In this document: positions 27,180 through 39,242 of the stretch, piece by piece
Numbering within the stretch: position 1 is the first letter of the stretch
Layout: every line of letters begins with the position of its first letter
Assembly: GCA_963727485.1 (NCBI GenBank)
Contig: CAVSGM010000002.1
Span: forward strand, 192,001 to 256,000
Reading direction: 5' to 3'
Origin: an uncultured delta proteobacterium
GTDB taxonomy: Bacteria; Myxococcota; Myxococcia; SLRQ01
Length of the DNA stretch: 64,000 nucleotides
The notes under the pieces: model-generated
Seen by the model: the letters and a program-made list of their open reading frames with translations, nothing else
Told to the model about the DNA's origin: nothing
Database searches by the model: none
Position numbers and translations under genes: made by a program

Positions 27180-28751
27180 ATGATCGATTTCGCACGGTTC
27201 GAAGACCTCCACATCGTCCGGAAGATTCGCGAGAAGATCCGGGGGTGGTGGAACATCGAGCTCTCGTATGCCGACGAGAGCGGGTACGTCCTCGACCACG
27301 CCCAGGGGAAGATCGTTCCGCCCCACAACGACCTCTGCCAGGGATCCCTGGGGCACCGCGAGGGCTTCCAGCGGTGCAACACCTCGGTGGAGCGGGCCAT
27401 CGCCCAGATCCGCGGCGAGACCGAGATCCGGGCCCGGGTGGTCCAGACCTGCCACCTGGCCTTCCCCCTGGTCCTGGTGCCGGTGGTCGATGACCTGGGG
27501 GTGTTCCACGGCGCCATCTTCGCCGGGGGCTTCCTCATCGACGACGAGGTCGACGACCGGCGCCGGCGCATCCTCGACGAGACCGCCCGCCAGGGGCTCC
27601 CGGTGGCCGATCCCGACCAGGCCTTCGCCGGGATCCCGGTGATCCGGCGCCGCGACATGGACTACTTCTGCGACCTCCTCGAGACCACCGTCGAGGAGAT
27701 CGTCGAGTTCAACAAGGCCCTGCGCGAGCGCGAGACCCGCATCGAGGCCCTCACCGGCGAGCTCGAGGGGCGCTACCGGTTCGGCAACATCGTGGGCAAG
27801 TCCCCGGCGATGCGCCGGCTCTTCTCGCTGCTGGAGAAGGTGGTGCAGTCGGACAGCACCATCCTGGTCACCGGGGCGAACGGCACCGGCAAGGAGCTCA
27901 TCGCCCGGGCGCTCCACTACAACGGGCCGCGGGCCCGGGGCCCCTTCGTGGTCCAGAACTGCTCGGCGCTCAACGACAACCTCCTGGAGAGCGAGCTCTT
28001 CGGCCACGTGAAGGGCGCGTTCACCGGCGCCACCCGGGACAAGCAGGGCCTGTTCAAGGTGGCCGACGGGGGCACCTTCTTCCTCGACGAGGTCGGGGAC
28101 ATGTCCATGGCCATGCAGGTCAAGCTCCTCCGGGTCCTCCAGGAGGGCACCTTCATCCCCGTGGGCGGGACCGGCGCGGTGAAGGTCGACGTCCGCATCA
28201 TCACCGCCACCAACCGCGACCTGAAGCAGATGGTCGAGCGCCGGGAGTTCCGCGAGGACCTCTACTACCGCCTCAACGTCATCAACGTGGAGGTGCCCCC
28301 CCTCCGGGACCGCAAGGAGGACCTGCCGCTCCTGGTGGCCCACTTCCTGGAGCAGCACGTCGACGGCCGGGGGCCCAAGCGCCTGGCCTCCGAGATCATG
28401 GCCCGGTTCTACGCCTACGACTGGCCCGGGAACGTCCGGGAGCTGGAGAACGAGATTGAGCGGCTGGTGGTCCTCTCCGGCGAGGGCGAGCTCATCGACG
28501 AGGGGGTCCTCGACGTGGCCACGCGCCCCTACCCGGAGGCGGCGAACCCGGCGCGCCTCGCCGGGAAGGGAGACCTCGCCAGCGCGGTTGCGGCCCTGGA
28601 GCGCGAGATGATCCGCGAGGGGCTGGTCGCCACCCACTGGAACAAGACGCGACTGGCCGAGCGCCTCGGGGTCTCGCGCACTACGCTCATCAAGAAGATC
28701 AAGGAGTACGGCCTCGAGGAGCGGGGGAACCCGCTGGCCGAGGGGCACTGA
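27180..28751 (+). CDS. Sigma54-dependent enhancer-binding protein with PocR-like N-terminal sensory domain
   Basis: N-terminal NDLC..QRC..TCHL pattern, coiled coil, GANGTGKE, ESELFGHVKGAFTGA, WPGNVREL, Fis HTH. Confidence 0.92.
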   Translation: MIDFARFEDLHIVRKIREKIRGWWNIELSYADESGYVLDHAQGKIVPPHNDLCQGSLGHREGFQRCNTSVERAIAQIRGETEIRARVVQTCHLAFPLVLVPVVDDLGVFHGAIFAGGFLIDDEVDDRRRRILDETARQGLPVADPDQAFAGIPVIRRRDMDYFCDLLETTVEEIVEFNKALRERETRIEALTGELEGRYRFGNIVGKSPAMRRLFSLLEKVVQSDSTILVTGANGTGKELIARALHYNGPRARGPFVVQNCSALNDNLLESELFGHVKGAFTGATRDKQGLFKVADGGTFFLDEVGDMSMAMQVKLLRVLQEGTFIPVGGTGAVKVDVRIITATNRDLKQMVERREFREDLYYRLNVINVEVPPLRDRKEDLPLLVAHFLEQHVDGRGPKRLASEIMARFYAYDWPGNVRELENEIERLVVLSGEGELIDEGVLDVATRPYPEAANPARLAGKGDLASAVAALEREMIREGLVATHWNKTRLAERLGVSRTTLIKKIKEYGLEERGNPLAEGH

Positions 28752-28755
28752 CGCC

Positions 28756-29532
28756 ATGGCTGGCCACGATCCCCGCACCCCCACCGCCGGCGCGGTCATC
28801 ATCGGCAACGAGGTCCTCTCGGGGAAGGTCCGCGACGCCAACACCCCGTTCCTCGTCGACACCCTCCGGAGCCTGGGGGTGGCGCTCAAGCGGGTGAGCA
28901 TCGTCCCCGACGAGTGCGACGCGGTGGTCGAGGCGGTGGCCAGCGCCCACGACGCCTTCGACCACGTGTTCACCTCCGGCGGCGTCGGCCCCACCCACGA
29001 CGACATCACCATCGCCTGCGTCGCCTCGGCCCTCGGCCGTCCGGTGATCCGCGACCGCGGCCTCGAGGCCCAGCTCCGCCGCCTCTTCGGCGAGCGCCTC
29101 AAGGAGGCGCACCTGCGCATGGCCGACGTCCCCGAGGGCACCGAGCTCATCACCGGCCCGGGGGTGACCGTCCCGGTGATGAAGGTGGAGAACATCTTCA
29201 TCCTCCCCGGGGTCCCGGACCTCTTCCAGGAGAAGGTCCTGGCCATCGCCGACCGCCTCGCCGGGACGCCCTACCACGTGCGCTACGTCTACGTGACCCT
29301 GGGCGAGGGGACCCTGGCGCCGATCCTCGACGCGCTGGTCTCGCGCTTCCCCGACGTGGACGTGGGCAGCTACCCGCGCTTCGACGCCGCCGACTACCGG
29401 GTGCGCGTCACCCTCGAGTCCAAGGACCCGGCGCGGACCACCGCCGCCACCGAGGCGCTCCTGGGGCGCCTGCCCTCCGAGCGGGTGGTGCGGGTCGAGG
29501 ACCCCCAGGCGACCGCCGCCGACGTCGCCTGA
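28756..29532 (+). CDS. CinA N-terminal / molybdopterin-binding domain protein
   Basis: IIGNEVLSGKVRDAN, TSGGVGPTHDDIT and LPGVP. Confidence 0.88.
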   Translation: MAGHDPRTPTAGAVIIGNEVLSGKVRDANTPFLVDTLRSLGVALKRVSIVPDECDAVVEAVASAHDAFDHVFTSGGVGPTHDDITIACVASALGRPVIRDRGLEAQLRRLFGERLKEAHLRMADVPEGTELITGPGVTVPVMKVENIFILPGVPDLFQEKVLAIADRLAGTPYHVRYVYVTLGEGTLAPILDALVSRFPDVDVGSYPRFDAADYRVRVTLESKDPARTTAATEALLGRLPSERVVRVEDPQATAADVA

Positions 29533-32500
29533 TCAGGCGATGGTCAGCGCCAGCTTCTGCCGGAGCCGGAAGAACTCCTCGCTGACGGCGAAGCGCACCA
29601 GGGCGCCGATTCTCGGGCACCGCCGCCAGGGCCTCCGCCGGCCGCTCGGGCTGCCGATGGCCATGCTCGGCGGCCACCAGCCGCAGCGAGGCGTCGAGGT
29701 CGCCGGAGAGGAGCAGGCCCGCCCGGTCGAGGCTCCGGCGCACCCCGGTGACGAAGGCCTCCAGGTGGTCGGGGGTGGCGCCGGCGACCTGGCCGGCGAT
29801 CCCCTCCAGGGCCTTGCGCGCCTTCCGGGACATGGACTTGGCGCAGCGCTTGGAGAGCTCGGCGTCCGGCGGCGCCAGCTTCGCGGTCCCCGGCGCCGCG
29901 GCGTCGAGGCACCCCTGGAGGGTCGAGGCGAGGACCGGCGGGTCGAGGGCGAGGCAGAGGGCGGTGCCGGTGCGGACCTGGGCCATGAGCCGGGTGAAGA
30001 GGAAGCGCTGCTCCTTCATCGGGTGGCGGCGCACCACGTCGCTGCTCACCACCACCGCCGGCGGGTCCCCGGCCATGACCTCCAGGGCGGTGGCGGCGCG
30101 CTCGGCCCGGTAGAGGTCGAAGCTGCCCCCACCGAGGGCGGCGAGGAGCCCGTCGCAGACCCGGCGCAGGGGGGAGTTGTCCTTGGGCGAGAGGCGGTCC
30201 CCCTTGCCCAGCCCGTAGCGGTCGAGGTCTTGGGGGTGGACCTTGCCGAGCTGGTCACCGACGACGGCCATGACCTCGGCGAAGGGGCCCCGGGCGGCGG
30301 GGTCGAGGAGCATCGCCTGGTCGCTCTCTTCGAGGGCGCCGGTGGTGTCCTGGGGCGCGTGCCCGCGGTTCTCGCTGAAGAAGAAGGCCTCGTCCTGGTC
30401 GCAGGCCCCGAGGAAGTGGAGCACCGCCGCCACGCAGAACGCCTTGTCGAAGGCCTTCTGGCTCTCGAAGAGGCGGTAGAGGGCGTGGTGGCTCTCCACC
30501 CGGAGCGGCTGCCGGGCGAGGATCTCCCGGTGCTCGTCGATGGCCAGCGCCACGGTCTCGCCGTTGCCGGCGTAGAGGTCGGCGAGGGCGATGCGGGGGC
30601 CGAGCTCGTCGGGGCGGAGCTGGAGGGCCGCCCGGTAGGCCTGCATCGCCTTGGGGACGTCCTGGTTCACCCGGAGCTGGATCTCGGCGCTGCGGACGTG
30701 GAGGGGGTAGGCCCGGCCGCGCTCGGCCTCGGGGAGGAGCCCGATGAACGCGGCGTAGGTCTCCACCACCTTGTCCCAGGCCTGGGCCTGCTCGTAGAGG
30801 CGGCCGAGGCGCTCCACCGCCGGGACGTTGTGGGGGTCGAGGCGCCGGACCGCCTCGAGGGCCTGCATCGCCGCCTGGGGATCCTGGCGCCGGTCCGCGT
30901 GGAGGCCGGCGAGCTCGAGGAGGAGGGCGACCTGGGCCTCGGGCTCGGGGGTGACCTGGGCCAGCCGGGTGAGGCTGGTGACCGCCCCCGCCCAGTTCTC
31001 CGCCGCGGTCTGGAGATCGGCGAGGCGCCGGAGGGCCTCCGGCTGGTCCGGGTGGGTGGCGAGGACGTCCTGGAGGAAGGCGGTGGCCCGCTGGGGGTCG
31101 CCGAGGGGCCCCTGGAAGAGGATGGCCAGGCGCAGGCGGGGGTGGGCCAGATCGTCGGGCTGGCCTCCGAGCTCGAGGCGGCGCTGGTACCACCCGGCGG
31201 CCCGCGAGGCGTCCTCGAGGCCGTAGGCGAGGTCCGCGGCCCGGGCCACCGCGGCCGGGGCGTTGGGGGCGGCGTCGATGGCCGCCTCCACCGCGGCGAG
31301 GGCTCGGGCGGGGTCCTGGAGGCGCTGCTCGTAGAGGTCGGCGGCGGCGAGGCAGGCGGCGGCGCGGTCGGCGGGATCGCGGAGGTGGCCCGCCCGGTCG
31401 AGCCAGGCCCCGGCGACCTCTGCGTGGCGGTCGGCGGCGGTGAGGAGGCGGCAGAGCCCCTCGAACGCCCGCGGCTCCACCGGGTCGCGCGCCAGGACCT
31501 TGCGGTAGCTCTCCAGGGCGCCCTCGGTGTCGCCGAGGTGCTGCTCCCGGAGGACCCCGGACTCGTAGAGGAGGCCCACGGATCGGGCCGGGTCCCTGGC
31601 GGCCTCGCCCTCGCGGACCAGGAGCGACTGGACCTCGTCCCAGCGGCCGGCGGTCATCAGCACCGACTTGAGGCCCCGGAGGGCCGGGAGGAAGCCGCCG
31701 TCGGCCTCGAGGGCGGCGCGGTAGGCGGCCTCGGCGGCGGCGAGGTCCCCGAGGAGGGCCGCGGTCTCGGCGACCCCCATCGCCGCCGCGAGCCGTGAGC
31801 CCGGGTCGGCGGCGGCCTCGAGCTGGGCGCGGTAGAGGGTGAGGAGCGAGGCGAGGTCGCCGGCCTTCCGCCGGGCGAGCTCGGTGCGCCGGGCGGCGGC
31901 GTCGTTGTCCGGGGTCAGCGCCAGGAGCTTCGCCCAGTCGGAGTCCGCGGGATCCGGCGGGTCCTGGAGGTGCTCCCGGGCCAGGGCCGCGGTCTCCACC
32001 AGGCCCGCGGCGGTGGCCCCGCCCGCGGCGTCGGCGAGGGCCTCCACGTCGGCGGCGGCCGCCCCGTGGGCGCCGGTGGCGGCGTGGAGCCGGGCCAGGG
32101 CCAGGCGGCTCACGGTGTCGGCGGGGTCGGCGGCGATGACCGCCTCGAGGCACTGGATGGCCCGGGGCGGGTCGTCGAGGCGGTCGAGATAGAGGTGGGC
32201 CAGGGACCGGTAGACCGACGGGCGGGTGGCCGGTGGCGCCGCGGCGAGGGTGCGCTCGTAGACCTTGGCGAGCTCCCGCCAGGCGCCGGCCCGGGCGTAG
32301 AGCCGGGCGAGGCCCTCGAGGGCCCCGGCGTCCGCGGGCTGGGCGTCGAGGGCCTCGACGTAGAGCTCGGCGGCCTGGTCCGGCCGCCCCGAGCGGCCCG
32401 CCCGGACCTCGGCGGCGCGGGAGAGGATCCGTGCGCGCTCGGCGGGCTCGCTGACCACCTCGGCCTCCCGGCGGAGCACGTCGACCACCGGGTCCCACTC

Positions 32501-34699
32501 CCCACGCCGGGCGTGGAGGCGCTGGAGGGCCCGGAGGGCGGGGAGGGCGTCGGGGCGCTCGTCGAGGACGGCGCGGTAGGTGCGGATGGCCTCGCCCTCG
32601 TCGAGGAGCTGCCCCTCGAAGAGGCCGCCCATCTTGAGGAGGAGGGCCACGCGGTGGGAGGTGTTCTCGGTGACCTCGAGCTCCCGCCGGTACATCTCCA
32701 CCAGCTCCCCCCACCGGCCCTTCTGGAAGTAGAGCTTCCCCAGGGCCTTGAGGGCCGGGAGGTAGGCGGGCTGGAGCACCAGGACCTTGCGCCAGGCCTC
32801 GATGGCCGCGTCCCGGTCGCCGATGCGGCGCTCCAGGAGCTCGGCGACCTCGTGGAGCAGGGCCACCACCCGGCGCTGGTCGTCGACCAGCTCGGACTCG
32901 CGCTCGGTGAGGCGGACCAGCTCGTCCCAGCGCTCGAGGCCCCGGTTGAGGCGCTGGAGCTGGCGTACCGCCGGCAGGTGCTCCGGGCGCACCTCGAGGA
33001 CCCGCTGGTAGGTGGCGATGGCCGCCTCCCGGTCGCCCTGGCGCTCCTCCTGGAGGCGCGCGATCTGGTCGAGGAGGTGGATTTGCTGGTCGACGTCCTC
33101 CCCGGCCTCGGTGAGCTCGAGCTCGTGGAGGGCGATGAGGTCGGCGAAGCGCCCGGTGGCCTCGTAGAGGCGGTTGAGGCTCTGGAGCGCCGGGAGGTAG
33201 CCGGCGCGGATCTCGAGGATGCGCCGGAGGGTCTCGATGGCCGCCTCGGGCTGCGCCAGCTGCGCCTCCTGGACCTCGGCGATCTTGAACAGGCGCATGG
33301 CCTGCTGCTTGGGATCGGTGGCCGCCGCCAGCTCCTGCTCGAAGGTCCAGATGAGGTCGTCCCAGCGCTCGGCGCGGAAGTAGAGCTTGCCCAGGGCCGA
33401 GAGGGCGTCGGGGGAGCCCGGGCGGGCCTGGAGCATCTGGCGGTAGGCGGCGGCGGCGTCGTCGGCGCGGTGGAGGCGCTCGTCGAGGAGCTGGCCGAGC
33501 TGGTGCCACACCTCGCCGAGGGTGTGGGGATCGATGACCCGCCCGGAGAGGTCCTGGAGGATGCCGACCAGGTCGTCCCAGCGCTCGTAGGCCTCGTAGG
33601 CCGGGGCGAGCTCCTGGAGGACGGCGACGGCGTCGGGGGCGAGCTGGCGGGCCTTCTCCAGGAGCGCCACGGCGTGCTCGGGGCTCCCCAGGCGTTCCCG
33701 GGCCACCTGGGCGGCGTGTCGCAGGGTCGCCGCGGCCTTGCCGGCGTTCTCGGTGGCCTCGGCCTCCGCCTCGAGGATCCCCACCAGGGCCTTGGCGTCG
33801 CCGGCGGCGTCGTGGAGGCGCTCGAGGGCCAGGAGCGGCACCGGGTGGGCGGGGTCGACCTGGTGCGCCTGCTCGTAGAGGGCCCGGGCCTCGTCGGCCT
33901 GGCCGAGGCGGTCGGCGTGGAGGCCGGCGGCGGCGCAGAGGAGGGCGAGCTTCAGGGCCGGGGCGCCCTCCGCGGCGTTGGCCAGCGCCTGGTAGCGCGC
34001 GGCGAGGGCGGCGTGGTCGCCCTCGCGGGCGGCGACCTGGGCCAGGTAGACCGAGGCGGCGCGCCCCTCGGGATCGAGGCGCTCGACCTCGGCGAGGATG
34101 GGGAGGGCGTCGACGGGCTTGCCCAGGCGGTCGTGGAGGAGCACCGCGCGCTCGAAGAGGAGCTGGGCCCGCTTCCTTGGGGCCGGGTCGGCGTCGGCCT
34201 CGGCCTGGAGGAGCTGGGCGACCATGGCCCAGTTGCCCACGCCGGTGAACAGGCGCCTGGCGGCGCGGAGGTTCGGGCGGTAGGTGGCGTCGGCCTTGAA
34301 CGCCGACTGGTAGCAGACCGCGGCCTCCCGGGGCTTGTCGAGCCAGGCCTCGAAGACCTGGCCGGCGGCGTGCCACAGCCGCGCGGCCGCCGGGTCCCCG
34401 GCCCGGGCCTGGGCCTCACGGCGGTAGCTCTCGGCGAGGTCCTCCCAGCTCCCGCCCTCGAGGAGGATCGAGGCGTCGGGGCCCGGGTCAGCGGCGTCGG
34501 TGGGGCCGTCGGCGCCGTCGGGCGCGGGGGGGGGCGCCGCCTCGGTGGGCCCATCCCCGGCCGCGGCCACGGGGGGCACGCCATCGGCCGCCGCCCCGGG
34601 CTGGGGCGGTGACTGGGGACCGTTGTCGAAGAACGACGCCTCGAGGGGGTTGTCGGCCGGGCTCCCGCCCTCGCCCGGAGCCTTGGGCTCACCTGCCAT
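29533..34699 (-). CDS. Very large TPR-repeat protein, about 1720 aa (frameshift near 29612 just before the C-terminus)
   Basis: Dozens of A...YR.VL...P...AL..L..LY repeats; the corrected end reads [23 protein letters not shown]. Confidence 0.88.
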
Positions 34700-34807
34700 G
34701 TGGCCTCCCCAGGTGGCCGCGGGGCCACCCATCACAGGCCACGGTAGCATCCCCCCCGGGGCCGGTACAACGTCCCGTCCCGACGGAGGAAAGCGGTCCC
34801 CGGGGGA

Positions 34808-36353
34808 TCAGCCCAGGGGGCCGGCGGCGTGCTCGGCCGCGCCGAGGATCACGCCCTCGTCGATCAGGGCGCACAGGGCCTCGATGTCCTTGTGGAGGGT
34901 CCGGTCCCCGTCGAGGGGGGGAACCTTCCGGCGGATGGCCGCGTGGACGGGCACCACACCCTTCCCGGGCTTCACCGGGAGCCGGTACTCCAGGGCCTGG
35001 GCGGCGCAGAGCATCTCGATGGCCGAGGATGGTCCGCACGTTCTCCACCACCGTGCGCAGCTTCACCGCCGCGGTCATGCCCATGGACACGTGGTCCTCG
35101 CGGCCGGCGCTCGAGGGGATGGAGTCGACCGACGCCGGGTGGCAGAGGATCTTGTTCTCGGCGACCAGGGCCGCGGCGGTGACCTGGGCGATCATGAAGC
35201 CCGAGTCGAGGCCCGGCTCGTGGGCGAGGAACGGCGGGAGCCCCGAGAGGCTCGGGTTGACCAGCTGCTCGATGCGCCGCTCGCTGATGCTCCCGAGCTC
35301 GGCGACGGCGATGGCGAGGAAGTCGAGGGCGAGGGCCACCGGCTGGCCGTGGAAGTTCCCGCCGCTGACGATCTCGCCGGTGTCGGGGAAGACCAGGGGG
35401 TTGTCGGTGGCGGAGTTCACCTCGCGCTCCAGGACCTGCCGGGCGTAGGCGATGGCGTCGCGGGACGCGCCGTGGACCTGGGGCATGCAGCGCAGGGAGT
35501 AGGGGTCCTGGACCTTGCCGCAGCTCCGGTGGCTCTCGACGATGCCGCTCTCGTCGAGGAGGGCGCGGAGGTTGGCCGCCACGGTGGCCTGGCCCGGGTG
35601 GCCGCGCACCGCGTGGAGGGGCGCGTCGAAGGGCTTCACGCTGCCCATCAGGCCCTCGAGGGTCAGGGCCCCGGCGACGTCGGCGGTGCGGGCCACCGAC
35701 TCGGCGCGCAGCAGCGCCAGGGTGCCCACGGCGGTCATGGCCTGGGTGCCGTTGATGAGGGCGAGGCCCTCCTTGGCCCGGAGGGTCACCGGCGCCAGGC
35801 CCGCGCGCGCCAGGGCCTCGCCGCCGGGGAGGCGCTCGCCGTCGTGCCAGGCCTCGCCCTCGCCCACGAGGACCAGCGCCAGGTGGGCCAGCGGCGCCAG
35901 GTCGCCGGAGGCGCCGAGCGACCCCTTCTCGGGGACCACCGGCACCACGTCCCGGTTGAGCATCTCGACCAGGAGGTCGACGATCTCGGGCCTGGCCCCG
36001 GAGTGGCCCTTGGCCAGCACGTTGGCCCGCAGCACCATCAGGGCGCGGGCCTCGTCCTCGGAGAGGGGCTCGCCGACGCCGCAGGCGTGGGAGCGCACCA
36101 GGTTGAGCTGGAGGCGGGCGAGGTCGTGGGGATCGATCCGGACCTCGGCGAGCTTCCCGAAGCCGGTGTTGATCCCGTAGACGAGCCGGTCCGAGGCGAG
36201 GATGTCCTCGACGACGGCGCGGGCGCGGCCCACGGCGGCGCGGGCCTCGGGGGCGACCTCCACCGAGGCGCCGTCGCCGGCGACGAGGGCCACCTCTTCG
36301 AGGCGGAGGGTGTCGCCGTCGAGGGCCACGTGACGGGGATGGGACGCGGGCAT
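34808..36353 (-). CDS. hutH: Histidine ammonia-lyase (frameshift near 35022)
   Basis: [12 protein letters not shown] motif [31 protein letters not shown] and EDHVSMG. Confidence 0.95.
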
Positions 36354-36431
36354 GTCCGGCGCTCTAGCACCGGCGGCAGGCTCCGTAAAGCGCCGCCCCC
36401 CGCCGCCGCGCCGGCCGCCCGCGGCGCGCCG

Positions 36432-36460
36432 TTGACCCGCCGCAGCGCGTCAAATACCCT
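36432..36460 (+). promoter_or_regulatory. Putative sigma70 promoter of lysC
   Basis: TTGACC-17 nt-TACCCT. Confidence 0.4.
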
Positions 36461-36471
36461 CCGTCCCGCCC

Positions 36472-37709
36472 ATGGCGCTCCTGGTCCAGAAGTACGGCGG
36501 CACCTCGGTCGGGTCCGTCGACCGCATCCTCAACGTCGCCCGCCGGTGCCTCGCCGCCCGGGCGCGTGGCGACGACGTCGTGGTGGTGGTGAGCGCCATG
36601 GCCGGGGAGACCAACCGGCTGCTGGGCCTGGTCTCGGAGATCACCCCCCGGCCCGCGGAGCGCGAGCAGGACGTGGTGGTCTCCAGCGGCGAGCAGGTGA
36701 GCGTGGGGCTCCTGGCCCTGGCCATCCACAGCCTCGGGGGCAAGGCCCGCAGCTTCCTCGGCCACCAGATCCGCATCCTCACCGACTCGGCCTTCTCCCG
36801 GGCGCGGATCCAGGCCATCCAGGCGGACAAGCTCTACGAGGCCCTGGAGCGGGGCGAGATCGCCGTGGTCGCCGGCTTCCAGGGCGTCGACGACGCCGGG
36901 AACATCACCACCCTGGGCCGCGGGGGCTCGGACACCTCGGCGGTCGCGCTCGCGGCCGCGGTGGGCGCCGACGCCTGCGAGATCTACACCGACGTCGACG
37001 GGGTGTTCACCACCGACCCGGGCATCTGCCCGGCGGCGCGGAAGCTCGAGCGGATCTCCTACGAGGAGATGCTCGAGCTGGCGAGCCTGGGGGCCAAGGT
37101 CCTCCAGATCCGCTCGGTCGCCGCCGCCATGATTCACAACGTGCCGCTCTGGGTCCGGTCGTCGTTCAACGACGACCCGGGGACCCTGGTGGCCGCGGAG
37201 GACAGCGCCGTGGAGCAGCTCGTCGTTTCCGGCATCGCCTACGATCGCCACCAGGCCAAGATCGCCGTCCGCCGGGTGCCCGACACCCCGGGCGTCGCCG
37301 CGGCCCTCTTCGACGCCCTCGCCGAGGAGGGGGTGGTGGTCGACATGATCGTCCAGAACGCCTCGCGTGGAGGGGCACACCGACGTCACCTTCACCGTGC
37401 GCGAGGACCGACCTCGATCGGGCCAAGGAGATCGTCGACCGGGTCGCCGCCGAGCTCGGCGCCGGCTCGGTGGAGACCGACGACCGGATGGCGAAGGTCT
37501 CGGTGGTCGGGGTGGGGATGCGGACCCACGCCGGCGTGGCCGCGCGGATGTTCCACACGCTCTCGCAGGAGAACATCAACGTCCAGATGATCTCCACCTC
37601 GGAGATCAAGGTCTCGGCGGTCATCGACGAGAAGTACGTCGAGCTCGCCGTCCGCTCCCTCCACACGGCCTTTGGCCTCGACGCCGCGCCGGCGACCCCG
37701 GCGGCCTAG
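36472..37709 (+). CDS. lysC: Aspartate kinase (two +1 frameshifts near 37368 and 37401)
   Basis: [26 protein letters not shown] domains ending ISTSEIKVS. Confidence 0.95.
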
Positions 37710-37717
37710 GAGACGCC

Positions 37718-38261
37718 ATGCGCCGGGGGCCGGTCATCATCGCCGGGATCCTGCTGGTGGTCCTCACCGGCCTCGGGATCTGGCGCTACGTCGCCCGCCC
37801 GGGGGAGGGCGCCCAGGTGCCCCTGCCGGGTCGGCCGAGCTGCCCCGAGGTCATCTCCCTCGAGCGCCCGGAGCACCGCGCCGAGCTCGTCTGCCTCGCC
37901 AACGGCCCGGGCCCGGGCGACGCAGGTGGCCGCCCGGCTCGGTTGCACCCTCGAGAAGCTGCCCCACCTGGTCGCCGGAGATCGCCTGGTCGTGGAGCCG
38001 GGCACCCCCGACTGCAAGACCACCGTGGCCCGGATGAGCGGGTCGAGCCTCCTCGCCCTGGGCCTGCCCGTGGACCTCAACCGGGCCACCGTCGACGACC
38101 TCGAGGCGCTGCCGGGGATCGGGCCCACCAAGGCCGAGGCCATCGTCGACGACCGCCTGGCCCACGGGCGCTTCCACTCGATCGCCGACCTCGCCCGGGT
38201 GAAGGGCATCGGGCCGGCGACGGTGAGGCGCCTCGCCGGGAAGATTTCCGTCGAGCCCTGA
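37718..38261 (+). CDS. ComEA-like helix-hairpin-helix DNA-binding membrane protein (frameshift near 37915)
   Basis: N-terminal TM helix; VDLNRATVDDLEALPGIGPTKA..VKGIGPAT. Confidence 0.85.
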
Positions 38262-38276
38262 GGCGGCGCCTCGAGG

Positions 38277-39093
38277 TCAGCGCACCACGGTCCCGAAGCC
38301 GGCGAAGAGCTCGGCGGCCAGCCGACTGGCCGTGGCGGCCCCGGCGCAGGTAGCTGTTGACCACCCGGTGGGTCTTCGGGTCCCGGTGGCGGTGGGGGTG
38401 GGCCAGGTCCAGGTAGGCCCGGTCGACGCCCCGGCTGCCGTACTGCACCAGGACCACGGTTCCGTCGGCGCGGATGCGCTCGACCAGGGCCACGTGGGTC
38501 AGCGGGTCGTCCCGGCGCCCGTCCCGGTTCCGGTCGAGGGTGTCGTGGAAGAAGACCAGGTCGCCGGGGTGGGGGCCGTCCCGGTGGAGGCCGCCGCGGC
38601 GCCGGACGTAGCCGTAGATGATGGCGACGCCGTTCTCCCGGCGGTGGGAGGCGCCGTCGGCGAAGAGGTCGATGCCCTCGCTGCGGTAGACCGCCTGGGC
38701 GAGGCCCGAGCAGTCGGCGCGGTAGCGGTGCCCGTGGAGCCGGAGGCGCCGGCGGCCCACCAGGCGTCCGGCGAGGTCGGCGAGGGCGTCCTGGCGGGCG
38801 AGGATCCGGGCCCGGGCGTGGGCGACCTCCCCGGGGGCCTCGGGGGAGAGGCTGGCGAGGGCCGGGGTGGGGCGGGGGGCCCGGGCGGTGGCCGCGGCGG
38901 GGGCCGGCGCCGGGGCGGGCACCGCCGGGGGCGGCGCGGGGTAGTGGGTCGGCGGGGGCGGGGGCACCGCGTCCTGGAACCGGCTGGCGAGGGCGGCGGC
39001 GTCCAGGGGGGTGCGCACCGGGGCCACGGCGCAGCCGCCGGCGAGGAGGGCGGCGGCGGCGAGGAGGACCAGGCTCGAGGTGCTGCGTGACAT
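38277..39093 (-). CDS. NlpC/P60 (CHAP-like) lipoprotein cell-wall peptidase (frameshift near 38328)
   Basis: Lipobox AGGC, DCSGL, PGDLVFF, THVALV; corrected C-terminus RLAAELFAGFGTVVR*. Confidence 0.85.
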
Positions 39094-39242
39094 CTTCCGC
39101 CGCCTTCCAGGGTACCGGGGCGGACGATCCGGTCAACTTCGGGGCCGGGAGTGTGGCCTCCGTCCCCGGGCCCGTGGTATCCCCTCCGGACCCGCCCCTT
39201 CGGGCCCTCGGGGAGACGGCGATCCTGGAAAATGCTTCAAGG

